Assembly: GCF_006345805.1 (NCBI RefSeq)
Contig: NC_043020.1
Coordinates: 19,592,001 to 19,656,000, forward strand
Origin: Octopus sinensis
Lineage: Eukaryota
Direction: 5' to 3'
Length of the DNA stretch: 64,000 bases
The notes beneath the pieces were generated by a model. That model worked only from the letters and a program-made list of their open reading frames with translations, was not told where the DNA came from and did no database searches. The position numbers and the translations under genes were made by a program. Below, piece by piece: positions 11,523-26,193 of this stretch (position 1 is the first letter of the stretch; each line of letters begins with the position of its first letter).

Positions 11523-12063
11523 GTGAGTACAACACCCAGGATTGATCATACTCTTATACCTCTGACTATCTTCTCTATGTATCATCATCATCATCATTAT
11601 CATCGTTTAACGTCCGTTTTCCATGCTTACACAGGTTATATATATATATATATATACATACAAATTGAGATACGGGTTGTAAATGCAACCCTCCATGGGA
11701 TAACATATATCCAATATACTGCTAGTGAAGTACCCAACAAAGTTAATACATAAATGATAAGGATTGCGATGCAATCAATTCATTTACTGTATTATATAGG
11801 CAAAGGTAAAATGATTTACCACAAATTACTAATTTCTCCATTTTCTTATCTTGTATATATATATATATTTACCATTTGTGATGCGTGCATGTGTGTGTAT
11901 ACACACATAGACATATCTGTTGTTATTTGTTGATTCTTCACCTAACTCAGAACCTGCAATTCATTTGGATCCAGAGTCTACTGCAACAGGTACAGTGAGT
12001 GTACCCATGTGTGACCTTGATGACTCATTGTTTATTCAGTCAGTCATTTGTGATTGTACACAT

Positions 12064-12440
12064 ACATCATCATCATCATCATCATCATTTAGCGTCCGTT
12101 TTCCATGCTAGCATGGGTTGGACGGTTCTACTGGGGTCTGTGAAGCCAGAAGGCTTCATCAGGCCCAGTCAAATCTGGCAGTGTTTCTACGGCTGGATGC
12201 CCTTCCTAACGCCAACCACTCCGTGAGTGTAGTGGGTGCTTTTTACGTGCCACCCGCACTGGTGCCAGACAGAGCTGGCAAACGGCCACGAACGGATGGT
12301 GCTTTTTATGTGCCACCGGCACGAGGGCCAGGCGAGGCTGGCAACGGACACGAAACGGGGCGGTGCTGGCAACGGTCGCGAAACGGAAAGTTCTCTTACA
12401 TGCCACCGGCACTGGTAACACATCTGCAATTTCCATTGAT
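12064..12440 (-). mobile_element. RTE 3' UTR/tail fragment
   Basis: (CAT)n tail plus the same 3' UTR with GTGCCACC subrepeats as 8172-8530. Confidence 0.8.
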
Positions 12441-12472
12441 CGACGTAGTACAAATCCGTACTTACTTTAGTA

Positions 12473-14535
12473 CAGTGGTTCTCAACCTTATCAGAGGTGC
12501 TGAACCCTGCAAGCTTCATCAGTGCATTCCCTGAAACCTTCGTAATTGGAAAAATAAAATATGATTTCTTCAAAACATAGGTATATATTTTATTAGTGCA
12601 CAAAATGAACCGTGCATCAATTGCACACGGAAACATAACTCAATGAATATTTACTGCAAATAAATGTGACTTTTGTTGTTGCTTTTCAGATACAAGTTCA
12701 GAAATGCATGGCTTCACTTTGGCAAGTGCCACTCTCAATATCATTTTCACAACAGAGTCTGTTCCTTTTCTTAGTTTTCATGTCTACCATCCTCGAAAAG
12801 GATTGCTCGCAAAGATACGTTGTAACAAACAGTGTGGGTATATCAAGGCTTTCTTAGCAATAAGAGGGTATTGTACAAAACGTTGAGAGCATTGTTGTTC
12901 TGAAGAGTTGCTGTTGAAGCCGGCTCTGCTGAAGTTTAATGATTTCGGCGAGGTATTCATTGTTGACATCTGCTGTCACAACACTGAACATGAACGGCTG
13001 TCTCACCCTTGCTGGATATGACTTTCTGGTGGGGAAGTAATTGTTGAGAGACTTTGCAAGCTCATCTAAGTGCATGGCAATTGCTTGCTTCAGCTCCCCA
13101 GGTACAGAAATGTCTCCAATTCTGGACACGTCATTCTCTGTTTGTCATTTCTATAAAGGTAGCTTTTATTTTAAACACCTTCAGGTTTTCTTCTGCCTCT
13201 ATGATGTTAACGCCACCACCCTGCATCTGTCGATTGAGATGATTGAAAATATCAGCCATGTGCGTCAAATGAGAATGAACTCAGAATTTTCAAAGCAATC
13301 CGCATGACAATGTTGGTACTCTCACAAAAAAACAGGGCTAATTCCTCATGCATGGCAAAAACACAATTCAGCACCTTTCCCCAGGATAACCACCAAACGT
13401 TAGAATGGTACTGAAGTGCCTCAAATTCAGAGCCAATTTCATTACACAGTTCTTTGAAAATGCAGTGCTTCATAGCATGTAGTTCATACATTCAACTACA
13501 AATTTTTATACATCTGCAAGATTCAGAGGCAAGGTTCTGCCTGTGCAGAACACCATTGCTCCAAAACCAAAGTGTAATCCCAGCATGGCTGGAGCTCTAT
13601 CCAAACAAATTGCAGAAACCATATTCCACAAAAGCCCATTGTCTCTGAAGAAGTCATTCACATGTTTCTTCACATTGGCTACCTTGGTTGTTGTTGTAAG
13701 AGGTTTACAAACTAAAAGAAATCTTCCTTTATCACATCATCTTTCACGTAGTGCATGAATGCAACAAGCTGGCTTAGATTGGAAATGTCAGTCTCATTAA
13801 GTTGGAGGCTGAATTTTGCAGGGCTTCAAACCAGATCTGTGACTATTTGAGCCAAGATGTCATCGCTCCTGTCAGATATTCTACTGCTGAGAGTGTCATT
13901 CAAAAGAGGAATTTGGGATTACTTATCTTTAGCAGCATCTTCAACACAGCTGGTTTTTACAAGTGTTTCACCAACGGTGTGTGGTTTTCTCTGCTTTGCG
14001 ATCAGATACACAACTTCATACGATGCTGTGAAAATCAATTCGTCGATGAGAGCAAAGCCAAGAATAGGCAGAGTAGGCTTTTCATTGAATCTGGCTCTCT
14101 TCAGTGAGTGTTGTGTTCTTGTATTTCCCATCTCCATGCAGCTTTAGGAAGTGTTCCCTTAGTTTTGCCAGTGCTAGACTAGAATTGCTCAACTTGGCAT
14201 TGCAAATCATGCATTGAGGATGCTGACTCTCATCACATTCCTTTATACACGTGAATCCATATTGTACATATTCACCCAACCACTTCCTGTTTTTGATTGA
14301 CATAGTATGAAGGATTTGAAAGATTAAAAGAAAATCACAACAGCCACAAGTCAATTACTGAGTGCACCAAATCAAAGCCAATATTTGTAATTTAACATGG
14401 TGAAGAAAAATTGTGTGTTGCCAAATTGTTGGTAGTGATTTTTTTGATGGCCAACAAAAATAACCCAACATTGTTAGTTTGAACCAGGCTATATTGTGTG
14501 TGTCTTGACCCCCTAAGACTGACTCGACGAACCCT
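12473..14535 (-). mobile_element. Decayed hAT (Buster/Charlie, ZBED5/SCAND3-like) DNA transposon
   Basis: TIR CAGTGGTTCTCAACC at 12473, preceded by CTTTAGTA (NNNTANNN target). Frameshifted - strand fragments include BED finger KWLGEYVQYGFT...PQCMICNAKLSNSSLALAKLREHFLKLH, YEVVYLIAKQRKPHTVGETLVK and LQYHSNVWWLSWGKVL. The second TIR was not found, so that boundary is approximate. Confidence 0.85.
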
Positions 14536-17500
14536 GTACATGATAGCATTATCACCAACCTGACATTGGTGCTTTACTATATAAGTACCTAATTCGCTTG
14601 ACTTCTGAACATTTTTTTATATAACTGTATGTATATAAGTACAGTAATACCTCACTTTACAAGGATCTGCTTCACGAGACCCCTAGTTAATGAGTTTTAT
14701 TTTTCAATTTACTTTTGTGTGGTGAGCTGAAATTTTTCAAGCACAAGATCCAAATTTTAAACAAAGTGCAAACGTTTCTACTACCATAATAAATACTTCT
14801 GCATGTCACAGAGAAATTTATAGAGAGCGAAAGAAAAAACTTCTAAGCAAACAATTCTAAGACCTGTTTTTTTAAAAAGAAATTTACAAGTGATGGTGCC
14901 TATGAGTCTCGTGTGAGTGAAAGTGATTCAGAAAATGGTTATAATAATATTTTTTATTATAAATGGTCTTGACATTCTTTTTATTTTACATAAAATATTC
15001 TATACATTCTGCTATTGTTTTATTGTCATAGGTAAAATATTTTTCTGGGAATGCATTACTATTTATAACATTGTTACTATGGGAAATTATTGTTCTGCTT
15101 TATGAGTTTTCACTTTACAAGCAGTCTCCAGAAACAAATTAACTTGCATATCGAGGCATTACTATATATGTATGTATATGGGTATATGTATGTCTGTATG
15201 TGTGTGTGTGTGTGTATGTATATGGGTATATGCATGTACATATCTTTATAGGTGTATGCATGTGTATATGTTTAATATATACAGGTAAAAGAAAAATGCA
15301 ACAAAATGAGACCAGTGGAATTGCCATGGGGAGTGGAGTACCCAATGTTTTGCTCAGTCCTTCTGGGTAAAGTCAACAGGAAGAAAATAAGAGAAAGTCA
15401 GCAGAGTTTTAGATTTTCTAATGGTTGACAAACTGGTTGCAACTGATGGGAGCAGAAGACTATATGAGCTTGCATATATAGAGAGAGAGTAATGGGAGAG
15501 GGATACTGGGTGAGCGAGGAAGATGGAAAGAGAAATGAAAAGAAAAAGGAGTAAGTGTGAGGTAGAACAGAAAATAAGCTGAGAGAGGGAGCTGAAGGAT
15601 GAAAGAAGAATTATTGAACTAAGAGGATGTGTAAGAGTAGAAGGGAAAGTATGCATTTTACCTCTTCAATGATGTGGTGCAAGTTGAAATGTCATTCCCA
15701 CTCTTATCTCCACTGCTCTCTCCCTCTCACCTCAGACACATGAACTCTACCAAACCATTCTCTCAATTCTTTTGGCTTCACTGCTTCTGCAGCATTGATT
15801 TGTATATCAATTCCCATTGTGAGAGAATGCAACGTTTCTGACTAAATCCTCAATCAGTTGTGGCCCCTGCACCTCACTGGGCCACAGGCCATTGACCATG
15901 CCACCACTCTATTACCCTCCCTACACACACCTACAGACCAGATTCAGTCTCTCTCGCCTTCCACCTGTCCTGTCCGTTGTTTGATTGAAACACACTCATC
16001 TGCAACCTTTGAATCCTACTTTTTGATCCCACAATTGTTTCAGTATTCCCCACATACCCTCTTCTCTCCTTCACCTCCTAATTTGATGCTCCATAGTGTC
16101 CAAGCACTTTTAAATGTCCTTGCTGACACTGCAACACTTGCCACTACACTAACAATACTTCAAAAATTACTAGCATTACTCTTCAGTACCGCATTATCCA
16201 AGGCTTCTGTTGTATATCTTCCAACCTCATATACTGCATCATCTGCAAACTTTGCAATGCTCTTTTATATTGGAGAAACAGGATGTTGTTTTGTCAATTG
16301 CTTTTGGAACTCATTCAAAGCATCCTATTATATATGGCTGGCCAACCTGTCACCACCCACTTAGTACAGCAGATCATTTCATTACCCACTTATATTTGTG
16401 TGCAGCATCTGTACACGTCATGGATCCACATACTCAAGGAAAGAGAATGAACACTCTTTTGTATTTGGACTTGGTGCCATGTCACTGACAGTTTTTAGTG
16501 AATGATTTTTCTTCTACATCTCCTCTTCGTTCAGTAATATCGCTCTTACCCTTCAGCTCTCCTTTCAATTCAGTCTTTTCCCTCCCTCACCAAGTTTCTC
16601 TCTCCTACTACGTACTGACTACATATGACATGCACATCTTACAGTCTTCTCTCGTTGCTGCCAATTTGTCATAGAGGATGTAAAATTCTGGGGTTTTTTC
16701 TATAATATCCATCCTGTCAACTTTACCTTCAACAAGGATTCTGTCCAAAATGTTGGGTATTCCACTCCCACAGCAATTTCACTATACTGTTTCTGTCATT
16801 TCATGTGTGTGTAGGGGGTGGGGTTAATGATGCAAACAGGAAAAACAGAACTCAAAATATGAGTGTATGTATGAGTAGTTTCATAAGTGCCAACACACAT
16901 GAAACTCTCAGTCCTTCAGTCACTTTGTTGCTTCTGCTAAATAGTAATATATATATGCTAGAGTTGCACTTGTCAGGCAGATGACCTAATCTGAGACCGA
17001 GCATTCAAACTGAAGCATCTACATCATGCAAAGACCATTTAATTACACACAAAAGATGTGAAATTCACTTCATATTTATTTCCTCATATAACTGCAACTT
17101 GCTTGCTGACACACTAACACAGAAATTTCTGGGAAGTCTGTTAATAGCCATTTCTTATAGGCCTAGGGTTTTTCTTGTTTTTTTTTATATTTTTATTGTC
17201 CTCTTCTCTTTCCTGTTGAGTTTAGAGAAATGTTTGTTGTATTCATGTTGACTGATTTTCACGCTATGACATCATTTATCAGTGTTTCAGGTTTTTTCTG
17301 TTTTTTCTTTTCTTTTCCTTTTCTGCTTATTTACAAGGTTGACTTAGACCAGTTATTACTAGTCTTTTATCCAGTCTCCATCCTCTCCCACTTCTCCCTA
17401 TCTCACTCCCTCACAGTGTGGGCTTACAATGCAGCATTATTCCCCCCACATTTTACTTTCTTTAAGTTTGATTTTTATTCTTTTTTTTTAAAAAGAATTT

Positions 17501-18264
17501 TTTCTGTTTTCTGTTTCCTATGTATAAAAAGTTTACTAGAAAAGGTCTCTCTTTGGAAATAAGTTTCTGCTGTGTATTTTAAACTTTATGAAGTTTGGGG
17601 AATAAAAAAAAAGGAAGAGTAATTATTATGTACTATTATGTATTTTATAATAATAATATACTTAATTGTGTATTATTTATGTAACCATATATATATACAT
17701 ACATCCACATACCTGTGTGTGTTTGTATGATACACATAAACGCATATATATCTTTTATCCTTTACTTGTTTTAGTCATCAAACTGCAGCCATGCAAGGAC
17801 TCCATCTTGAAGTCTAGTACTTATCCTGTCAGTCTCTTCAGTCTCTTTTACTACAATGCCAAGCTACAGGGACTTAAACAAACCAACACCAGTTGTCGAG
17901 CAATGATATTTCTCACAGATATATGATGGGCATCCACACAGTTTCCATCTATCAAATACACTTCCAAGGCATTGTTCGACTCAGAGCTATTGCAGAAAAC
18001 ACTGGCTCAAGGTGCTGTGCAATGGAACTGAACCAAATGGTTACAAAATGTGCTTCTAAGCCAAACAGTTATAGCTTATGTCTATGTATACGATATATGC
18101 ATATCATTTCACAAAAATATAAATATGTGAAACTAAGTGAGGGAGAGGAAATATATATATTTCTTAGTGAGGGATGCAGTGATATTACTCTGCTCAGATT
18201 TTGCCATTTGAGACTCACATTGTTATGTGCAACACTGAGTAAGTTCTGTAAGCATTGTATTATA

Positions 18265-18640
18265 GGGATGTATGGTCGTGTGGTAAGAAGTTTGCTTCCC
18301 AACTGCAGAGATTTGGGTTCAGTCCCCCTCCCCCACCTTGAGCAAAGTGTCTTATAGCACAGCTCCAGGCCAACCAAAGCTTTGCGAGTAGATTTGGTAG
18401 ACAGAAACTGTAAGTAACCCATCGTCTATATATATATATATGTCCCCCCACCGTTGCTTGACAACCATTGTTGGTGTGTTTATATCCCCGTAACTTAGCG
18501 GTTCCACAAAAGAGACTAATAGAATAAGTACTAGGCTTACAAAGAATAAATCCTGGGGTTGATTTCTTTGACTAAAAAAAACCCTTTAAGGTGGTGCTCC
18601 AGCAAGGCCACAGCCAAATGACTGAAACAAATAAAAAAAA
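18265..18640 (+). mobile_element. tRNA-derived SINE, near full length
   Basis: GTCGTGTGGTAAGAAGTTTGCTTCCCAAC...GGTTCAGTCCC head, then CCCCGTAACTTAGCGGTT...GGTGGTGCTCCAGCA tail. Confidence 0.8.
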
Positions 18641-20459
18641 ATTGTATATATACGTATATATGTGTGTGTGTGTGGATGGGTGTATCTTTGTTTTTGTGTC
18701 TTTCTACCCCTGCCACTCAACAGCTGGTGATGGTTTGTTTATATCCCCATGACTTAGCAGTTTGGCAAAAAGACACCAATAGAAAAGTACCAAGCAAGTC
18801 CTGGAGCCAATTCACTCAACTAAACACCCATCAAGGTGGTGCTCCAGCATGGTCACAGTGACTGAAACCTGTGAAATATAAATGATATCTACACTGTATT
18901 TCAGCCAAATCATTATATTTATTCAGTGCATGTTGATGAAAGATAAGGGTAGCTCTCTTTTCCGTTTTGCTGTTTCGATATTCAATGATTCATTGACGAA
19001 TGCTATGAACAGTCTGTCCTATGTTAGTCTTTGGGAAGTCAGTACATTTTCCTTCAAGGCACCTTATACAACTGTACACTGCTTCTAACCTTACAGTTGA
19101 TATGTAGGTTTATAGGCTATATTACACAACCATATTCACTGGTGTCCCTGTCAAATGGGGTAGGACTTACAGATCATCACAATGCACCATCTGGTTTGAA
19201 ACCATGTTTTTTGCAGAATTAACCCCTGTATGTAAATATATTTAGGATTACCTGATCCCAGTGATGCTTCAAGTGTTTGGATCTAATAAGATTATTGATA
19301 CGGTTGCAGTTATGCATGCTGGTCTTGTAGTTTCTCTGTTGATATGGTTTAAGAATATCATTGAAACAGTTCTGCAGAGGTAGAATACAAGAATTTCTTT
19401 CTTTTCAATTTGTCTGTTTTTCATGCTGGCCTGAGTTGGACAGTTTGATTGGAGCTGGAAAGTTGCACCAGACTCCGATTGTCTGTTTTGGCATGGTTTC
19501 TATGGCTGAATGCCTTTTCTTAATGCCAACCACTTTACTGAGTGTACTGGGTGCTTTTTTAAGTCACACCATCACTGCTGCTCTTTATGTGGCACTGGCA
19601 CAGGTGCTTTTTACGTGGCACCAGCACCAGTGGGGTTCCCAAGTAACTTGCAAATCAAAGACCTCTTTGTTGAGAGAGGAAGGGGTAGTGTGCAAGCAAC
19701 AGTTATAGAGAGAGGAGATATTTGGTCACCCCCTGCCTTTTCTACAAGTTTAGATTCTCAAAGGTGTCTTCTAAATTTCTTTGCTAATTCACTATTAGGT
19801 ATCACAATTGAAAACATTTCAGTATCAAACTTCTTATAATTGTACCATGTATGGATACTGACTATTTTATACACTATGAGTATATTTAGTGCTTTATTCT
19901 AATGTCAGGCTTAACACCCACTTGCAAGCCTAAGGAGGATCTACTTTGTTGCAAGCATTTGAACCAGTTTGATGAGAGGATCACTTCCAGTCTCAGAGAT
20001 CCTAAAGTGTGGGCAGTGCTGCTGCCCCTCTCTGACCAAACCATTGAAAAAAAATAAACAAATGAAAGATGTTTCATTAAGAATTACATTTGGGATAGAT
20101 TTGGCTGTTAATTCTAGCATATGAAACAACTATTTAAAGGCCCCTCAGGCTAGTAGCTGTCATATATTGGTATCAACTAAAAGCCATGTTGTTGTTGTTG
20201 TAGGTCATTGTCCTTCAGGTCTATGATTAAAGACATTCCTCTTATTTCTGTTCCATCTTGTTTTCCAGACACATCTAAGGCTACATTATCTTGTGTCCTT
20301 TCCTTTAAATCACCAGGATGTGATCAGAGAGTGATATGACTGCTATTTTTAGCAAATTTGGTAACCACTTAGAGACAATGAGGAGAATTGTTGCTAATTG
20401 ATTTGTGTAATTTCTCGAAACAATTTTTAAAATTTTCTACTTTGCTTTCTTATTTTCAG

Positions 20460-20525
20460 TTTTCAATAATGGTGTTGAGAAAGAGCTGGTCAAGCTTGAC
20501 GGAACAATTCCTGTCACTTATCGAG
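20460..20525 (+). CDS. TSG101: TSG101 exon 3 (VFNNGVEKELVKLDGTIPVTYR), UEV domain
   Basis: ttttcag / G|gtaggt; 66 nt; phase 1-1; aligns to human VFNDGSSRELMNLTGTIPVPYR. Confidence 0.96.
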
Positions 20526-20657
20526 GTAGGTGTTAAGAGTACTATTATTTTAGAAAATAGTATTTTCAGTGTTTATTGCCACACCTCTTATGTGTCATAG
20601 CTTACACTGGTACATATATATATAATACACACACATACATATATGTGCATATTCATA

Positions 20658-22505
20658 TCTATTATATAAAAGTCAATGTCTCTATGTGTGTTCATGTGTT
20701 ACTTAGACTCAAAAACTACTGCACCGATCCTAATGAAGTTTGGAACACAAAATCCAAGCCTAGGGAGAAGGGTAATGCTGTATGCTTCATACAATTTGGT
20801 TGGTCTGAGGGTATAGCTGAACACACATGCCAAGTTACCACACAGTGGGACTGAACGCAGGTCCATGTCCTTTGGAACCAAGTTTCTTACCACACATCCA
20901 CACCTGCACCTATATATGTATTTATATATGTGTGTGTGCATAAATGTATGTATATGTATGAATGGGTCCTTACGATATTTTGAACTTTGATTCAATACAT
21001 AAGGGCGGGTATAATGCAGTATGTTTGGTTTGAATTTGAGATGGCTTAAAGGGGGCATAAATTTACGATGTTGATGAAATTTCAACCATAGGTATTTGAC
21101 ACACATCAAGAAGTACTCCCAAACTTTCCGCTTTTCATGAGGATTCTAACACCCCCTAACAGGGGCCCAAACTCCCAAATTTTAGTTATTTTTTTTATGA
21201 TCCAAAACTACATCAAAAGTACTGAATGGATCTTTATAAAATTTGGAAATTATATTCTATGCATACAGACAGATGTAATACAGTATATGTTTGAAAGTGA
21301 GGGGGCATAAATGAGGCTATAACCCTCATGAAAATTCATATATTTTTGCTGTTGATGAAATTTTAACCATAGATATTACACACAAATGAAGTAATATTCT
21401 AAAATTTCAAATTCTTAAAAGTTAGTAACACCCCTTATTGGGGGCTTAACACCCACAATTTAGTCATTTCTTATCCTAAGCCAAGTTGAATACAGTTGTA
21501 CTCTTGGAAGCTGTAGGGTCACCCAAGCATAAAAGATGAGTGTTATTTGTAATTCAGTGGTACAACCGTGTAAGACTTTGCTTTGAGATATACTGAGATT
21601 GTGATTTCTGAAATATGGTGCATAAATTGTCAAGTAAATTGCCTCCACTGATTCAGTTGCAAAGTGTTGAGTAAAGTTATTTGGTTTTCCTTTGAGTCAT
21701 TTTATTACCAGAGATAGTCCCCAGATGGTAACATTGATTTCAAGGCCTTCGCAGATAAGTGACTGGTTATTCAAAGAGATTTTTAGATTGCAAATTTATT
21801 CTGTCCAGTTACCTATTGCAATAGTGATCATTGGCAAATTTCAGAGGTGACACTTTCATTTCCCCTAAGCCCTCACGTCATACAGTTGTTAATGTTTGTG
21901 TTGGGTCACGTCCTTCCAATTGCTATACATCCGTAATGCATCTGACAGCTGTGCCTGTCACCTGTATGGTGAGGAATCCTACATTGGGGAGTGGTAACGA
22001 CTAGGGTAGGGTAGCTGACTGCTTATTGTGATCATTCGTCTTTTCATTTCCTTTAGCTTTGCTCTCTTTAACAAACCGAGTGAACATACAAATATTTCCG
22101 ATTTCAAAGAAATTTGAACAATAGATATAAGACCCAAGTTAAAAAGATTCGAACAATTCAACTTCTCTGGTTGACTTTAAGACCCCCCCCCACTAATAGG
22201 GGCCTTAACTCTCACATTTCAGAGCTCCATGAGCTCCTTTTTCAGGAGCAAAAACCCTTGAATAGGTTCCGTAAGATTTGAATTTTGGAATCTGGCCATA
22301 ACGATGAGTAGCATGGGATAAATGTGCTATGATTAGAATTTTTGTTAGGGTGTATAAAGAGAGAAAGAACCATCATTAAAATTCTTCATCTGCAATTTTG
22401 ATGAAATTCGAATCACAGGTATTCTAGTTCATTAGAGAAAATATAAAAGAAAAGTCTAATTCTTCAATTCCATGTGGCACGGGCAATACCAGGTATCTCT
22501 GCTAG
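20658..22505 (+). mobile_element. Non-autonomous Helitron-like element (A|TC ... CTAG|T)
   Basis: 5' A|TCTATTATATAAAAG; 3' GGCACGGGCAATACCAGGTATCTCTGCTAG|T with a degenerate subterminal hairpin; no TSD; contains a SINE insertion at about 20805-20900. Confidence 0.55.
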
Positions 22506-22859
22506 TATATATATATATATATATATATATATTGCCTAATGGCAAAATATATATATACATATTATATAATTTAAAAATAGGATAAAATCTTTATAAGAAT
22601 TTATCAAGTAGTTAGCGTGAAAAACCTCATAAGGGGAAAATTTATTAATTATTCCCTTTAAATATATTTATTTATATTAAGGGCATTACACTACATAAAT
22701 GCCTCACGTCCCTCTTAGTGTGAGGGATTTATGTATAGTAATACCCTTAATATAAATATCTATCTTGCTTGTGTTGGTCTGCCACCACCCATTGACAATC
22801 TGTTGATTTGTTTACATCTTTCATAATTTAGTGGTTCAGCAAAAGAGACCAATGGAATA

Positions 22860-24134
22860 CGAGGGACGTTCAATAAGTAATGCCTCTGACCCACTTGTAG
22901 TTGTTTGATCTAGCTGAAATTTTGCATGTGCAATTACTTATATCTCTATAGATTAAGTGGCAAATTACAGCTCTGAGCAAATTGTGGTTTCTGATTTACA
23001 AGTGTTTGAACTGAGTCAAGTGTGAAATGGAGCTTGTTTAGTGTCGAGCAGTGGTCCGGTTTTTGTATTTGAAAGGACGCACACCACGGGAGACTTTTGA
23101 TGAAATGAAAGTAACTTACGGTGATGATGCCCCATCATATGACCTTGTAAAACGCTGGCATCATGAATCCAAACATGGGTCGGAACTCTGTGGAAACAGC
23201 TCCCAGATCTGGTCGCCCCCTTCTGCCATTGATGAGGCATCTGTCTGTCAAGTTGAGGCTGCCATTTTGGAAGATCGACGCATAACTATTCGCCAAATAG
23301 CCCATGAGGTCAAGATTAGTACCGGGTCTGTGGAAACTATCATTCATGACCATTTGCATATGTAAAAGGTGTCTGCCAGATGGATTCCCAGGTTGCTCAC
23401 ACCTTTCCAGAAGCAAGAACGCGTCGAGTGCTTGAGGATGAATTTGGTGATGTGCCAAGAAGATGAGTCAAAATTTTTCAAAAGACTGATTACACAGGAT
23501 GAAACCTGCGTCCATCACTATGATCCAGAGACCAAAGCCCAGTCAATGCAGTGGAAGCACCGTGACTCACCTCCTCCAAAGAAGGCAAGGGTGCAGCCCT
23601 CCACTGGCAAGGTCATGCTCACAGTCTTCTGGGACCAGGACAGAGTAGTGATGACAGATTTCCTGGCAAAGGGTACCACAATTACAGGAGCCTATTATGC
23701 TTCACTTTTGAGGAAATTAAAAGAAGCTATCAAAATCAAGAGGCAGGGCAAGATCAGCAAAGGCATCCTCCTCCTGCAGGACAACGCTCCGGTCCACAAC
23801 TCGCGTGTTGCCAGATCAGAACCACAGGCGTGCGGCTATGAACTCCTCCCTGATCTTGCACCCTCTGATTTTCATCTCTTCCCAGCCATGAAGTTGTTTT
23901 TGAAAGGAAACCGTTTCCTAGATGATGCAGCCTTGATTTCTGAAGTCACGTCATGGTTGGAGGACTAAGCTGGGGTCTTCTGCAAAAACGGTCTCCAGAG
24001 CTGCATCAAATGATGGGAGAAATACGTAACTGTGGGTGGTTCCTATGTAGAAAAAGACTAATAACTGTGCCAAGTTTTGTTGCTCTACTGCTATGGGAAG
24101 TGGGTCAGGGGCATTACTTATTGAACGCCCCTCG
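22860..24134 (+). mobile_element. Full-length but inactivated mariner (DD34D-type) transposon, 1275 bp
   Basis: TA on both sides. 37-bp TIRs CGAGGGACGTTCAATAAGTAATGCCTCTGACCCACTT with 2 mismatches. Transposase from ATG 23027 has premature stops (23039, 23363); motifs ITQDETCVHHYDPE, LLLQDNAP and DLAPSDFHLF are present, and the HPPYSP segment is deleted. Confidence 0.95.
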
Positions 24135-24798
24135 TAAGTACCAGAGGCTTTAAAAATAAGTACTGGGGTTGATTCCTTCAACCAAAATCCTTCAAGGCAG
24201 GATGGCCACAGTCCAATAACTGACACAATTAAAAGATAAAAAATAACAGTTTGTCCCTCCTCACCTGACGACAATAAACTTTAATAATAATAATGAAAAA
24301 GTAAATATTCAGTAATTGGTTCACTTCAAGATTTCACTTCAGAAGACCTTCCCTTCTGTTCTTTCATGTTAAAAATTTTCTTGTTCTTCATCTCATCCTC
24401 ATCCTCATCATTTAACATCTATTTTCCATGCTGGCATGGGTCAGACAGTTTGACAAGAGCTGCTTAGGCAGGAGACTGCCCCTGGCCTCATTGTCTGTTT
24501 GGCATGGTTTTTACAGCTGGACAGATGCCTTTCCTAACACCATCCACTTTACAGGGTGGACTGGAGGCTTTTTACGTTCTACCAGCACTGACAGGGTCAC
24601 CAAGTAACTTGCAAAACAAAGATCCTCGGCTGGAGTGCAGTATGCAAGATGATGGGAGGTTAGAGTGTGACAGAGGGACAGAAACAGGTGTCTTGCTGTA
24701 GAGGAAATTCATGGTTACCCAGTCAGAGAGAGAGAGAGCATCTCAAAAAACAGAATTTTGTCAATTTCTGACAGTTTCCTTTTTTTTTTCTTTTTCAG

Positions 24799-24962
24799 AT
24801 AACAGATACAACATTCCCATATGTGTCTGGTTGTTAGATACCCACCCTCATTGTGCCCCCATTGTTTATGTCAAGCCGACTCCCAACATGCAGATCAAAC
24901 CAGGTAGACATGTTGACCCTAATGGCAAAATCAATTTGCCTTTCTTGTTACAATGGAAATAT
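24799..24962 (+). CDS. TSG101: TSG101 exon 4 (DNRYNIPICVWLLDTHPHCAPIVYVKPTPNMQIKPGRHVDPNGKINLPFLLQWKY)
   Basis: tttttcag / TAT|gtaagt; 164 nt; UEV core. Confidence 0.97.
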
Positions 24963-26193
24963 GTAAGTTTTATTTAACATTTCATTTTTTCACCAGTTTT
25001 ATCAGTTTTGTTAATCTTTTTGACAGCTCATCCACTACTCATCTTTCAACTGTTTTGCCCACCACATGGTCTTTTAGCCATCCCACCCACCACTTTGTCT
25101 TTCAACAGTTACATGATGTATGAGACAACACTGCAGTCATGTGATGTCTTTAACTCATAAAAATCTTCCTTGAAAAACTGAGCATGTTTTACTAAACATT
25201 CTAATTTAATGGAACAAGAAAAGAATTGCATAAGACAAAAGTTTCTGTTCGTTCCCTCCTATGGTCACTTGTTTAAGGCTTTCTCAAGTTTATTGTCATT
25301 TTTGCTGCCTAAGGAGTAGTTTTTCTGGTGATTGGAAGCAGGACTTGAACTCTAAACATACGGCTGGAACAGTTACTCTGGAGCATCTTGTCCAGTGCTC
25401 TAACAAATCTGCCAACCCACTTCCCTGAACTGATCTGGTCTTTTATTTATCAAGCCTGAAAAGCCAGGAAGCCTCAATAGGATTTGAACTCAAGGCACAG
25501 AATATCAGAACATATGCTTTAAAATGTTCTTTCCAACTTTCTAATGGCTCTGCCAATTTACCCACTGATGTAAAGCCAATGGCCATTGTTGTCGTCTGTT
25601 ATAGATGGCCTCAGTTAGAAAGTTTCTCTAGAAAGTTTCTCTCCAAGCTACTGGCCTGATTAAGGTGATTTTTTAATGGTAGAACCAGCAGTTGGTCTTG
25701 CATACACAGCACCTAGTTGATTTGGTGAGGTGCCAGTGTCTCACAAACAGATGACTCCAAAAGGATAAAAGGCAAAGTTGACTTTGATTGAATTTGAACA
25801 TGGAGTGAAGTGATCTGAAACAAATACCACACAGCATACAACCCAATACTGTGATGATTTTTACCCTTTCACCATGTTCTTGTAAATTCATATTTAAAAT
25901 AAAGTGATCCACAGCCCAGTTTTTACAATATAATCTTAGAGAACGTTTTGTTTTTCTTTCTGACAGAAGATTTTGCTTCAAACATCAGTATTTTCCTCTC
26001 CTTACAACATACAAACATTAAAATTCTCCACACCTTACTGTATACAAATTTACCAAAATTTGTAAACTTTACTCTATGATTTATCTGCCAAAGCATATCA
26101 CCACTAATTTTCTTAATAATTAGTTGTTTATTTAATAATTTGACATTATTGGTACTACAGCTTACCTCTATGCTTTCTTCTAATTTTTTCTAG

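Noticed and set aside
15354-16700. ORFs 15354-15656 and 15858-16364 as host genes
   Set aside because: The first is purine/pyrimidine low-complexity sequence. The second region looks like a heavily decayed LINE, but I could not identify a diagnostic motif.
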